DNA of 64,000 nucleotides from Alphaproteobacteria bacterium (lineage in GTDB: Bacteria > Pseudomonadota > Alphaproteobacteria > RF32 > CAG-239), in NCBI GenBank assembly GCA_017480745.1, contig JAFUSA010000005.1, positions 4,462 to 68,461 on the forward strand, written 5' to 3'. Below are positions 55,932 to 64,000 of this stretch, one piece after another. Under the pieces are notes generated by a model that was not told where the DNA came from, ran no database searches, and was given only the letters and a program-made list of their open reading frames with translations. Position numbers and translations under genes: made by a program. Numbering within the stretch: position 1 is the first letter of the stretch; each line of letters starts with the position of its first letter.

Positions 55932-56513
55932 TTAACTCTCCATATCATAATTTGGTATGCGTTCGAATTTATCTTTAAGGCGCTGATAGGCTTCGGAAAT
56001 TTTTTTGAATTTTTCTTCGGCCTCAGCGTCTTCTTTATTTAAATCTGGATGATATTTTTTTGCCATCTTTTTATATTGCAGTTTCAGCGTTTGCGGATTA
56101 ACGTCACGAATATTCATTTCCAACACACGCACACATTTACGTTCCTCATAAGTAAAATAAATACCGTCGGACGAATATTCCTGATTGCTGTCTGTATTAT
56201 TAATATAGCCGTCAGAAAAATATTCGGCTTCCTCCCATAAATCATAACCGAACTGATAATGTATTTTAGATTTAAAGTTATGAAAGAATCGGCGATGTGG
56301 CTTAAATTCATCATCGCTAATGCCCTCACCTGAATAATAGTTCCATTTGGCGTTATATTCCTGAACATGTTGTAAACAGAACCAATAATAATCTTTCAGG
56401 CTACTATCCTTAGGAGCACGGTATTCACCTTTTTCTTTGCATCCGGGATGATCACACTGGTGTTCAATGTTATCATTTTGCGGGGCATAGTATTTTTTAG
56501 TTCGTTTAATCAT
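55932..56513 (-). CDS. DnaJ (J) domain-containing protein
   Basis: C-terminal J domain with KKYHPDLN (HPD motif). N-terminal Cys/His-rich segment. Confidence 0.7.
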   Translation of the reverse strand: MIKRTKKYYAPQNDNIEHQCDHPGCKEKGEYRAPKDSSLKDYYWFCLQHVQEYNAKWNYYSGEGISDDEFKPHRRFFHNFKSKIHYQFGYDLWEEAEYFSDGYINNTDSNQEYSSDGIYFTYEERKCVRVLEMNIRDVNPQTLKLQYKKMAKKYHPDLNKEDAEAEEKFKKISEAYQRLKDKFERIPNYDMES

Positions 56514-56624
56514 TATTATTCCGTCGTATCAAACTTTTTTAATGTAATCCTGTTTATAAATAAAGGCAAGCAGTTTGCAATATTTTTCTGACATTATATT
56601 ATATGCATTGAAGGAGAATGTGTT

Positions 56625-57461
56625 ATGCCAGAATTACCGGAAGTAGAAACTATCAAAAATACGGTAAAAAATGCGTTAAACGGAGCAGTTATTCTGAATG
56701 TGCAAGTCAATAAACGTCGTTTGCGCGATGAGATTCCGGCAGATTTTGAACAATCGATTGCCGGCGCAAAGATTTCTGATATGCGGCGAATCGCTAAGTA
56801 TATGCTTATTGATTTGGATAATGGTCTATCAATTATCTGTCATTTTGGAATGAGCGGAAAATTTCGTATAGAATCAGTTTGGCCTGAGAATCCGCAAAAG
56901 CATGATCATGTTATTATTTCTACCGATAAAGGTGTACTTATTTATAACGATGCACGTCGTTTTGGTTTGATTACCTATTGCGAATCCGCAAACTTGAAAA
57001 CAAATCGCTATCTTTGTAAATTAGGCCTTGACCCATGGGATAGCGAATTGACGTCAGAATATTTATTGCAAAAATTCAAAAATCGCAAAACTGCCGTAAA
57101 ATTGGCTCTACTTGACCAAGAAATTATTTGCGGAATCGGCAATATTTATGCTTCGGAAATTTTATATAAAGCACGAATCCATCCGGAAAGACCATGCGAA
57201 TCGATAAATAAAGCAGAAGCTGAAAAAATTATTCGCTTTACACAGGAAGTTTTGGAAGAATCGATTGCCGCCGGCGGGTCAACCATTCACGATTTTAAGC
57301 GACCGGACGGTGATATTGGCTATTTTCAAGAAAAACACTGCGTTTATAACAAAACGGGAAAACAATGTCCGGATTGCAACTGTCATTTAAATGGCGGCGG
57401 AATCCGCAAAATAGTGCAAGGCGGACGCTCAACTTTTTTCTGCCCGAATCTGCAAAAATAG
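56625..57461 (+). CDS. mutM: Formamidopyrimidine-DNA glycosylase
   Basis: MPELPEVETI N-terminus. C-terminal zinc finger CPDCNCHL..GGRSTFFCPNLQ. Confidence 0.9.
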   Translation: MPELPEVETIKNTVKNALNGAVILNVQVNKRRLRDEIPADFEQSIAGAKISDMRRIAKYMLIDLDNGLSIICHFGMSGKFRIESVWPENPQKHDHVIISTDKGVLIYNDARRFGLITYCESANLKTNRYLCKLGLDPWDSELTSEYLLQKFKNRKTAVKLALLDQEIICGIGNIYASEILYKARIHPERPCESINKAEAEKIIRFTQEVLEESIAAGGSTIHDFKRPDGDIGYFQEKHCVYNKTGKQCPDCNCHLNGGGIRKIVQGGRSTFFCPNLQK

Positions 57462-57472
57462 GAGAATTAAAA

Positions 57473-57835
57473 ATGAAACACACATATATATACCTGTTTT
57501 TAGCCGTTATTTTATTTATAAAACCTGCCGATGCCGCCTTTGTTGATGGAATGGACGATGTGCCTTTATATGACGGGTTAAGCCAAATAACGCAAGATGA
57601 TTTTTCTTTTGGGAATGAGGAAACACGCTTGCTTGAAGCTTATTTAACCGCAAAAAAGCTCAAATTTGCCAAAGTTGCGGAGTTCTATAAAGAATCGCTT
57701 CCGCAGTTAGGGTGGATATATCAAGGGAATCGGGGTAATGATTTAGTTTTTTACCGCGAAGGAGAGACATTAGAAGTAGTAAGAGAAGCGGTTTCTCCGC
57801 TAATAGTCAGGATAACCGTTAAAACAAAACCATAA
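57473..57835 (+). CDS. Secreted hypothetical protein
   Basis: ATG at 57473 after GGAGA. Signal peptide MKHTYIYLFLAVILFIKPADA. The longer ORF-track version overlaps mutM. Confidence 0.5.
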   Translation: MKHTYIYLFLAVILFIKPADAAFVDGMDDVPLYDGLSQITQDDFSFGNEETRLLEAYLTAKKLKFAKVAEFYKESLPQLGWIYQGNRGNDLVFYREGETLEVVREAVSPLIVRITVKTKP

Positions 57836-57941
57836 AAATTGCAAAAAATATAAAATTTTAGTTGACTTTATGATTTGTATTTGTTTATAAGGGTTACCAG
57901 AAAAAATTTTGTATTAACAATTTTATTATAGGATTAAAAAT

Positions 57942-58202
57942 ATGGCCAATCATAAATCGGCAAAAACAAGAATAGTAAGAAACAACAAGCGCAGTATGAT
58001 TAACGGCGCTCGTAGAAACAGAGTTAGAACTTTTGTAAAAAAAGTTATTGCTTTGATAAACGCTAATGATAAAGAAGCCGCATCGGTTGCTTTTAAGGTA
58101 GCCGAAAGCGAAATGATGAGAGCAGCACAGAAAGGTGTTTTCAAAAAGAATACTGCTTCTCGCACAATCTCTCGTTTGGCTCAAAAAATCAAAGCTCTTT
58201 AA
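57942..58202 (+). CDS. rpsT: 30S ribosomal protein S20
   Basis: MANHKSAKTRIVRNNKRSMINGARRNR.. typical S20 N-terminus. An AT-rich 11-bp stem terminator follows (~58232-58275). Confidence 0.92.
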   Translation: MANHKSAKTRIVRNNKRSMINGARRNRVRTFVKKVIALINANDKEAASVAFKVAESEMMRAAQKGVFKKNTASRTISRLAQKIKAL

Positions 58203-58561
58203 GTCTTTGATTTGAAATAATTTTTGATAGAATGCAAATTAATACCTAATGGTTTTAATTTGCATTTTGTTGTAAAAATCAATATTTTAACGCAGCGAAT
58301 CGGGAAAATACATTGTCAAGAAAAATAATTGCAATGTTCGCAAAAAGTTCTATTGAAATATATTTTTTTAGGTGTTAACAGATTATTCATAAATATTGCG
58401 GAAAAAAATTTTTTCAATACCGATGCGTTGTTTTGATTATATTTTTTTCCCAAACAATCACAAAGTGATCTACATTGGAGGAAAAGAACAATAAATAGTT
58501 TAGTGTCAATGTGTTATAAGATTTAATTTGGTGTTAACTTTAATTTTTTGGATAAGGTAAA

Positions 58562-60001
58562 ATGGCGGAAGAAGCTTTATATGAAGATTTATCAGATATG
58601 AACAGTCAGTGGGAAGAAATTTGCAGTCAATTAAAAGTTGAATTTGGAGAAACCGCTGTCAACAGTTGGTTGAAACCGTTGAGAATAAATTCTTTTGATA
58701 ACGGCGTTGTCAATATCAGTGCTCCGACAATTTTTATGCGAAATTGGGTAATAGCACATTATGCAGAAAGAATCCACCGCATTATGGAGAGAAAGAATCC
58801 GGAAATAAAGCAAGTGCAATTTGTGGTTAAAAATACGGCATCTGGTGGTAATGTGAGCTCACTTTCCGGTAGCGGACATTTGGGCGACGGTTCTTTAACA
58901 AAAAGAATCCAAAAATCCCCTACCCCGCAAAACATTTACGGTCTTAACAACACAGTATCATATAATGACAACGAAAGCGTTTCATCTAAGCTAAATCCGG
59001 CATATACTTTTGAAAATTTTGTGGTTGGAAAAACAAATGAGTTTGCATATGCAGCGGCACGTAAAGTTGCCGAGTCGCGCAATATTACGTTTAATCCGTT
59101 GTTTTTGTATTCAGGTGTTGGTTTAGGTAAAACACACTTAATGCACGCTGTGGCACAATATATAAAGCAAAATGATCCTAAACGCACTGTTGTTTATATT
59201 TCGGCTGAACAGTTTTTGCAAAAATTTGTTAATGCCCTGCGTTATAGAGATACGGACGCTTTCAAAGAGATGTTCCGCACTGTTGACGTTTTAATGATTG
59301 ATGATGTTCAATTTTTAGCAAACAAAACTAAAACTCAGGATGAATTTTTCTATACTTTCAATTCATTGATAGAAGGGGGTAAACAAATAATTTTATCTGC
59401 AGATAAATCACCTAATGATTTGGAGGGAATTGAGAATCGTCTGAAATCGCGTCTGAACAGTGGCTTGGTAGCCGATATCATGCCGACCGATTTTGAACTT
59501 CGTTTGGGTATTTTGCGCAAAAAGTCAGAATTGTTAGGAATTAAATTACCGAATAATGTGGCGGAATTTTTAGCGCAAAAGATATCATCAAACATCAGAG
59601 AGTTAGAGGGCTCGTTAAAGCGCATTATAGCGCATTCGCAACTTCTTTCCGGCAACGAAATTACCATAGATATGACTCAGGAAGTATTGAAAGATATTTT
59701 ACACTCTATTGATCGCAAAACCACAATTGATGAGATTCAAAAGAGGGTTGCCGAATACTTTAATATTTCCGTAAAAGAGATGCAATCTTCGCGTCGTGCC
59801 CGCAATGTAGCAAGACCACGTCAAATAGCCATGTATTTGGCAAAGCATTTAACATCGCGGTCTTTGCCTGAAATCGGCCGCAAGTTTGATCGCGATCACA
59901 CCACGGTTATGCACGCTGTTCGCAAGGTTGAGGAATTGATTGTTGAAGATACCTCAATGGCTGAAAGCATTGAGAGTTTGCGTCGTTCGTTGGAAGGTTA
60001 A
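58562..60001 (+). CDS. dnaA: Chromosomal replication initiator protein DnaA
   Basis: FENFVVGKTNEFA, GVGLGKTHLMHA (Walker A), IDDVQFL, C-terminal DRDHTTVMHA DNA-binding signature. Confidence 0.95.
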   Translation: MAEEALYEDLSDMNSQWEEICSQLKVEFGETAVNSWLKPLRINSFDNGVVNISAPTIFMRNWVIAHYAERIHRIMERKNPEIKQVQFVVKNTASGGNVSSLSGSGHLGDGSLTKRIQKSPTPQNIYGLNNTVSYNDNESVSSKLNPAYTFENFVVGKTNEFAYAAARKVAESRNITFNPLFLYSGVGLGKTHLMHAVAQYIKQNDPKRTVVYISAEQFLQKFVNALRYRDTDAFKEMFRTVDVLMIDDVQFLANKTKTQDEFFYTFNSLIEGGKQIILSADKSPNDLEGIENRLKSRLNSGLVADIMPTDFELRLGILRKKSELLGIKLPNNVAEFLAQKISSNIRELEGSLKRIIAHSQLLSGNEITIDMTQEVLKDILHSIDRKTTIDEIQKRVAEYFNISVKEMQSSRRARNVARPRQIAMYLAKHLTSRSLPEIGRKFDRDHTTVMHAVRKVEELIVEDTSMAESIESLRRSLEG

Positions 60002-60087
60002 AAAATCTGTTGAAGATTTGCGATTTATACTTCTTATTACGGTGTAATTTTGCTATTCGTATATAATAAATCAAAAAGGAAACTGAG

Positions 60088-61206
60088 ATGAAATTTACGA
60101 TTGAAAAAGCTGTTTTAGTTAAAACTTTGGGACACGTGCAAAACATCGTGGAAAGAAGAAATACCGTTCCGGTGTTGTCTAATGTGCGAATTGAAGCTGA
60201 TAGCAACGGCATAAGCTTTAAGGCAACTGATATGGATACGGAAATTACCGAAATTGTAGATGCTAAAATTTTGGAAAACGGAGCCATTACGGCACCGGCA
60301 CACATGCTCTATGATATTGTTAAAAAATTAAGTGACGGAGCGGATATTGAACTGACTTATCCGGATGATAAGAATCAGTTAGCGATTGTTTCCGGCAGAT
60401 CAAAGTTTTCGTTACCAACGATTGGTGTTGAAGATTTTCCGGTTATTTCTGCCGATACTTTGCCGATTAGCTTTACCATGAAGTGCGAAGAACTTAAAGA
60501 TGTTATTGATCGCACGCAATTTGCCGCTTCAACCGAAGAAACCAGATATTTCTTAAATGGTCTATACATTCATCCGAAAGATGAGGGAGAAACAAAAGTT
60601 TTGCGCATTGTAGCCACCGATGGTCACCGTTTGGCCTGTGTAGAATCTCCGTTACCGGAAGGCGCAGCAAAAATGCAAGGTGTTATTTTGCCGCGTAAAA
60701 CAGTTGGTGAAATTCGTAAATTGTTAGATGATGCCGCAGTTGAAAACGTTGAAATCGCTTTATCTGACAGCAAAGTGCGCTTTAATTTGGAAGATATAAC
60801 CTTGGCTTCTAAATTGATTGACGGCACATACCCTGATTATGAACGTGTAATACCGACTTCTAATGACAAACTTTTGGAATTAAATGTAAAAGAATTTGCC
60901 AAAGCAGTTGACCGTGTTTCGGTTGTGGCAGAAAGAACGAGAGCAATAAAAGTTATTGCCAACAAAAATCATCTTATTATTACCGCTTCGAGTCCGGAAT
61001 TGGGAAGTGCTATTGAAGAAATTGAGGTTTCTTACGATAACGAATCCTTAGAGGTTGGCTACAACTTCCGTTATTTGTTAGATATTTTGGCAGAAATGAA
61101 AGGCGAAACCGCTAAATTCAGTTTTAGCGACAGTGCTTCGCCATCGGTCATTCGCGACACTTCGGATTCCAGTGCTATTTACGTTTTGATGCCTATGCGG
61201 GTGTAA
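60088..61206 (+). CDS. dnaN: DNA polymerase III beta sliding clamp
   Basis: 372 aa. MKFTIEKAVL..PVLSNVRIEA.. and C-terminal ..YVLMPMRV. Confidence 0.93.
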   Translation: MKFTIEKAVLVKTLGHVQNIVERRNTVPVLSNVRIEADSNGISFKATDMDTEITEIVDAKILENGAITAPAHMLYDIVKKLSDGADIELTYPDDKNQLAIVSGRSKFSLPTIGVEDFPVISADTLPISFTMKCEELKDVIDRTQFAASTEETRYFLNGLYIHPKDEGETKVLRIVATDGHRLACVESPLPEGAAKMQGVILPRKTVGEIRKLLDDAAVENVEIALSDSKVRFNLEDITLASKLIDGTYPDYERVIPTSNDKLLELNVKEFAKAVDRVSVVAERTRAIKVIANKNHLIITASSPELGSAIEEIEVSYDNESLEVGYNFRYLLDILAEMKGETAKFSFSDSASPSVIRDTSDSSAIYVLMPMRV

Positions 61207-61209
61207 AAA

Positions 61210-62400
61210 TTGCCGTATCTCCACGATAAATTACGAGAGATAACCAATTTAAAGTCAGGTGTAACCCGCCTGACTTTATCTGATTTTCGAAATTATAAAT
61301 CTTTGCGATTAGATACTGAAATAAGACCGATTATAATAACAGGTGAAAATGGGAGTGGCAAAACAAACATTTTGGAAGCTCTTTCTTTTTTGACTCCGGG
61401 ACGAGGATTGCGCAGTGCGCGTTTGGCCGATATAAAACGTATAACCGATAAAGAAAACAACGAGCCAAAGTCTGTGTGGTGGAGTGTGGCGGCAGAAATT
61501 TTTAAAAATAATGAGGAGTATTTAATCGGCACGGCAGTGCAATCTGTCAGCCGTGAGAATGATGTCGATGAATTACACAATTTTGAGCGACGAATTGTTA
61601 AAATTGACGGGCAAAAAATAACTCAACAAAGTGAGTTAGGTAAGTACATCTCGGCTATTTGGCTTACTCCGCAGATGGACAGACTTTTTTTGGGTGGAAC
61701 ACAACCACGTCGCAGTTTTTTAGATCGTCTTGTTTATGCTTTTGATTTAGAGCATGCTAAGCGAACTGCCACATTTGAGCATTTATATCGACAATGGTTG
61801 CAACTTTTGAAAAACGGTTGCAACGATGACAGGTGGTTGCATTCTATTGAAACGGAAATGGCCTCAACAGGGGTAGCCATAGCCGCGGCACGCAGGGAAC
61901 AAATTGCCCGTTTAAACACTTTTATTGAAAACGAACCTGATGATATTTTCCCCGATGTGCGTTTGGAATTAAGCGGCACCATTGAAAAAATGTTGGATAC
62001 ACAGCCAGCTTTAAAGGTGGAAGATTTTTATGCCGAAAGTTTGGCAAAGCAACGGCGAAACGTTGTTTATAGTGATTATGCCGATGGCGTTAATCGCACC
62101 GATTTTAAGGTATATTTCAAAAAGAAAAATATGCCGGCTGATTTATGTTCCACCGGCGAGCAAAAATCGTTGTTGATCAGCATTATTTTGGCGCAGACTA
62201 AATGTCAGATTCTATATAAAAACTTTGCTCCTATTCTGTTATTGGACGAAGTTACCACTCACTTAGACAACGCCAAAAGAGATGCGCTGTTATATAAAAT
62301 TAAAGATTTGCATTTGCAAGCGTGGATAACTTCTACCGAAGAACAAAATTTTCAGGTATTGCGTAACACAGCGCAATTTATAAGACTTGACAATTATTGA
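61210..62400 (+). CDS. recF: DNA replication and repair protein RecF
   Basis: TGENGSGKTNILEA Walker A, SLGEQK-like signature STGEQKSLLIS, LLLDEV Walker B. TTG start. Confidence 0.88.
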   Translation: MPYLHDKLREITNLKSGVTRLTLSDFRNYKSLRLDTEIRPIIITGENGSGKTNILEALSFLTPGRGLRSARLADIKRITDKENNEPKSVWWSVAAEIFKNNEEYLIGTAVQSVSRENDVDELHNFERRIVKIDGQKITQQSELGKYISAIWLTPQMDRLFLGGTQPRRSFLDRLVYAFDLEHAKRTATFEHLYRQWLQLLKNGCNDDRWLHSIETEMASTGVAIAAARREQIARLNTFIENEPDDIFPDVRLELSGTIEKMLDTQPALKVEDFYAESLAKQRRNVVYSDYADGVNRTDFKVYFKKKNMPADLCSTGEQKSLLISIILAQTKCQILYKNFAPILLLDEVTTHLDNAKRDALLYKIKDLHLQAWITSTEEQNFQVLRNTAQFIRLDNY

Positions 62401-62414
62401 TTTTGTAAAAAGTG

Positions 62415-62590
62415 TTTAACTTTTGATTTTTCTATGGTATGGTAAAACTAAGATAAGGTAACTTGTCTGAGGTCTCAAAACCTCTCAAGATCGTCTTTAC
62501 GGGCGTAAAATTTCCGGCATTATGGTCGGAAGGTAGTTGAATAAGAGAAATCTAATAAGCTGCACTATTTAATTTGGATAGTTTCGAACT
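62415..62590 (+). ncRNA. Orphan type A leader with intact promoter and no downstream pilin gene
   Basis: TTTAAC (62415-62420), 17 nt, then TGgTATGGT (62435-62443). H1 AGAUAAG-GUAA-CUUGUCU (62451-62468), H2, H3, H4, GAAUAAG and H5 are all present. Homology stops after GUUUCGAACU (62590). The next element is the terminator at 62612-62647. Confidence 0.6.
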
Positions 62591-62611
62591 AATAAAATAT
62601 CTATTATTCGC

Positions 62612-62647
62612 AAAAAAAAACACCTTCCTTACGGATGGTGTTTTTTT
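62612..62647. terminator. Bidirectional intrinsic terminator
   Basis: A9 run, then CACCTTCC-ttac-GGATGGTG (one mismatch), then a T7 run. Lies between the orphan leader (+) and rplI (-). Confidence 0.75.
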
Positions 62648-62663
62648 GATAATTCTGAATTGT

Positions 62664-63149
62664 TTATTCTTGGTTATAAGCTTTTTCTTGCTTGTTAGCT
62701 TCTTCCGCACTTCTGGCAACATTTACCAAAATGGTTTGAGAAACTTCCGGATGCAAGTTTAACTTAACCTGATATACACCCAAATCTTTAATAGGTTTTT
62801 CCAAATAAACAAAGCGACGAGCAACATCAAAACCGGCATCTTTAACAGCGGCAGCAATATCACGAATTGTTACGGAACCGTATAATTGTCCGGTTTCGGC
62901 AGCTTGACGAATCAAAACTGCTTTAAATCCGTTTAAGGATTCTGCCATTTTAGAAGCGGCTTCCAACAATTCCTTGTTATGTGCTTCCAAAGAAGCTCTC
63001 TGTGCTTCAAAATAAGCAACATTGGCTTCTGTTGCGCGCAAAGCTTTGCGCTGCGGCAATAAATAATTGCGGGCATAACCGTTTTTAACGCTTACTTTAT
63101 CGCCCATCTTACCTAATTTTTCTACGTGTTCGAGCAAAATTACTTCCAT
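62664..63149 (-). CDS. rplI: 50S ribosomal protein L9
   Basis: MEVILLEHVEKLGKMGDKVSVKNGYARNYLLPQ. Confidence 0.92.
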   Translation of the reverse strand: MEVILLEHVEKLGKMGDKVSVKNGYARNYLLPQRKALRATEANVAYFEAQRASLEAHNKELLEAASKMAESLNGFKAVLIRQAAETGQLYGSVTIRDIAAAVKDAGFDVARRFVYLEKPIKDLGVYQVKLNLHPEVSQTILVNVARSAEEANKQEKAYNQE

Positions 63150-63158
63150 AATACCCTC

Positions 63159-63386
63159 CTACATAGCAACATATGGTAACAAAGCAATATAGCGGGCACG
63201 TTTAATGGCGCGAGCCAACTCTCTTTGCTTTTTGGCGGAAACAGATGTAATACGCGAAGGAATAATTTTTCCTTTCTCAGATACATAACGAGAAAGTAAT
63301 TTAACATCCTTATAGTCTATTTTCAAACCGTTTTCACCGGAAAACGGGCAAGATTTTCTTTTGAAAAATGTTTGTTTTGCCATCAT
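63159..63386 (-). CDS. rpsR: 30S ribosomal protein S18
   Basis: [50 protein letters not shown]. Confidence 0.92.
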   Translation of the reverse strand: MMAKQTFFKRKSCPFSGENGLKIDYKDVKLLSRYVSEKGKIIPSRITSVSAKKQRELARAIKRARYIALLPYVAM

Positions 63387-63389
63387 ATT

Positions 63390-63728
63390 TTAAGCCTCCA
63401 CCGCTGCAACGATGTCTTCATCAGAAGTCATCTCATTGTTAAATTCTTCAACTTTAACCGTCATATAACGGATAACGTCTTCATTCAGTCTTACCAATCT
63501 TTCATATTCGGCGATTGCTTTGGCCGGAGCCACAATGTTTAACCAAACATAGTAACCTTTACGGTTTTTCTTAATGCGATAAGCAAGGTTTTTCAAACCC
63601 CAATTATCAACTTTAACAACCTCACCACCTTCTTTGGCAATAACTTGGCTCATTTCTTCAACCAAGGCATTAACCTGAGAGGCACCGAGATCTTGACGCG
63701 CAATTAATACGCTTTCATAATTTGCCAT
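63390..63728 (-). CDS. rpsF: 30S ribosomal protein S6
   Basis: MANYESVLIARQDL..WGLKNLAYRIKKNRKGYY. rpsF-rpsR-rplI order without an intervening ssb/priB. Confidence 0.92.
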   Translation of the reverse strand: MANYESVLIARQDLGASQVNALVEEMSQVIAKEGGEVVKVDNWGLKNLAYRIKKNRKGYYVWLNIVAPAKAIAEYERLVRLNEDVIRYMTVKVEEFNNEMTSDEDIVAAVEA

Positions 63729-63898
63729 ATTTTATCATCTCCTTATGGATTACTCAACAAATGGTTGCTTTTGAAAATTATCGCCGGCAACCGGTTAATG
63801 TATAGCCGAATATATCAAATATCCGGCAAGGGACAGCGCCAATATACATAAAAAAAAATAAAATGCAAGTCTTTTTTTCAAATTTTTGCAAAAAATAC

Positions 63899-64000
63899 TT
63901 TACATTTGCAACCTTTATGATAGTATAGATTCAGAACTTCGGTTCGAGAGCCTTAAGAAGCTCTTACTTATCACGGTGTTATTTTCGAAGCATCGTTAGA
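63899..64000 (+). promoter_or_regulatory. Promoter plus 5' part of a second type B leader (cut by window end)
   Basis: TTTACA (63899-63904), 16 nt, then TGaTAGTAT (63918-63926). GAAC-UUCG-GUUC (63934-63945) and GAGAGC..GCUCU follow, collinear with 6012-6040 of the P1 leader. Confidence 0.6.

Noticed and set aside
1-64000. CRISPR arrays, transposases/IS elements, reverse transcriptase-based elements (retron, DGR), toxin-antitoxin pairs
   Set aside because: Reading both strands, I saw no regularly spaced short direct repeats, no transposase or RT-like ORFs, and no small overlapping gene pairs with recognisable toxin or antitoxin motifs. The absence is by eye only.

Overview
Low-GC chromosomal segment, analysed by eye only with no searches or folding programs. 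The core gene set looks alphaproteobacterial: addA-addB, rph-rdgB, aroK/xerD, a separate F0 operon atpI-a-c-b'-b, tpiA-secG-pyrG, rlpA-dacC-tmk-holB-tatD, rpsT-dnaA-dnaN-recF and rpsF-rpsR-rplI. It also carries anaerobe-style redox genes (nitroreductase, rubredoxin fusion, iron-sulfur flavoprotein, ferritin-like protein).

The outstanding feature is a dispersed family of type IV pilin-like genes: five intact, one decayed, and probably one more beyond the right edge. The prepilin cleavage region and the first ~55 mature residues are almost invariant (GRSMIEMLGVLAIIGVLSVGGIAGYSKAM.KYRINKTIEQ.TLIAGN.R.F). The leader peptides and C-terminal domains are highly variable. Each copy is monocistronic, sits between unrelated housekeeping genes, and has its own near-consensus extended -10 promoter plus a 200-230 nt structured 5' leader RNA.

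There are two leader classes. Type A has four complete copies, one promoter-bearing orphan without a gene, and one decayed copy. Type B has one complete copy and one cut by the window end. Both classes end in a homologous platform: a CAACU(U/CU)CCG box complementary to the Shine-Dalgarno region, then a GC hairpin with a U-rich tail. Compensatory base changes between copies support six helices in type A. I cannot place either leader in a riboswitch or leader class I know, so they are candidate undescribed cis-regulatory RNAs controlling a pilin repertoire.

Other items of note:
- a two-gene operon encoding a 964-aa protein with a pilin-type N-terminus
- a cassette-like run of accessory genes separated by a repeated element
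- a tandem-duplicated M15 peptidase next to tRNA-Lys
- a translationally coupled MarR redox operon with a metallo-beta-lactamase-rubredoxin fusion
- a divergent ATP synthase c subunit

No pilus assembly genes, CRISPR array, transposase or integrase (other than xerD) were seen.
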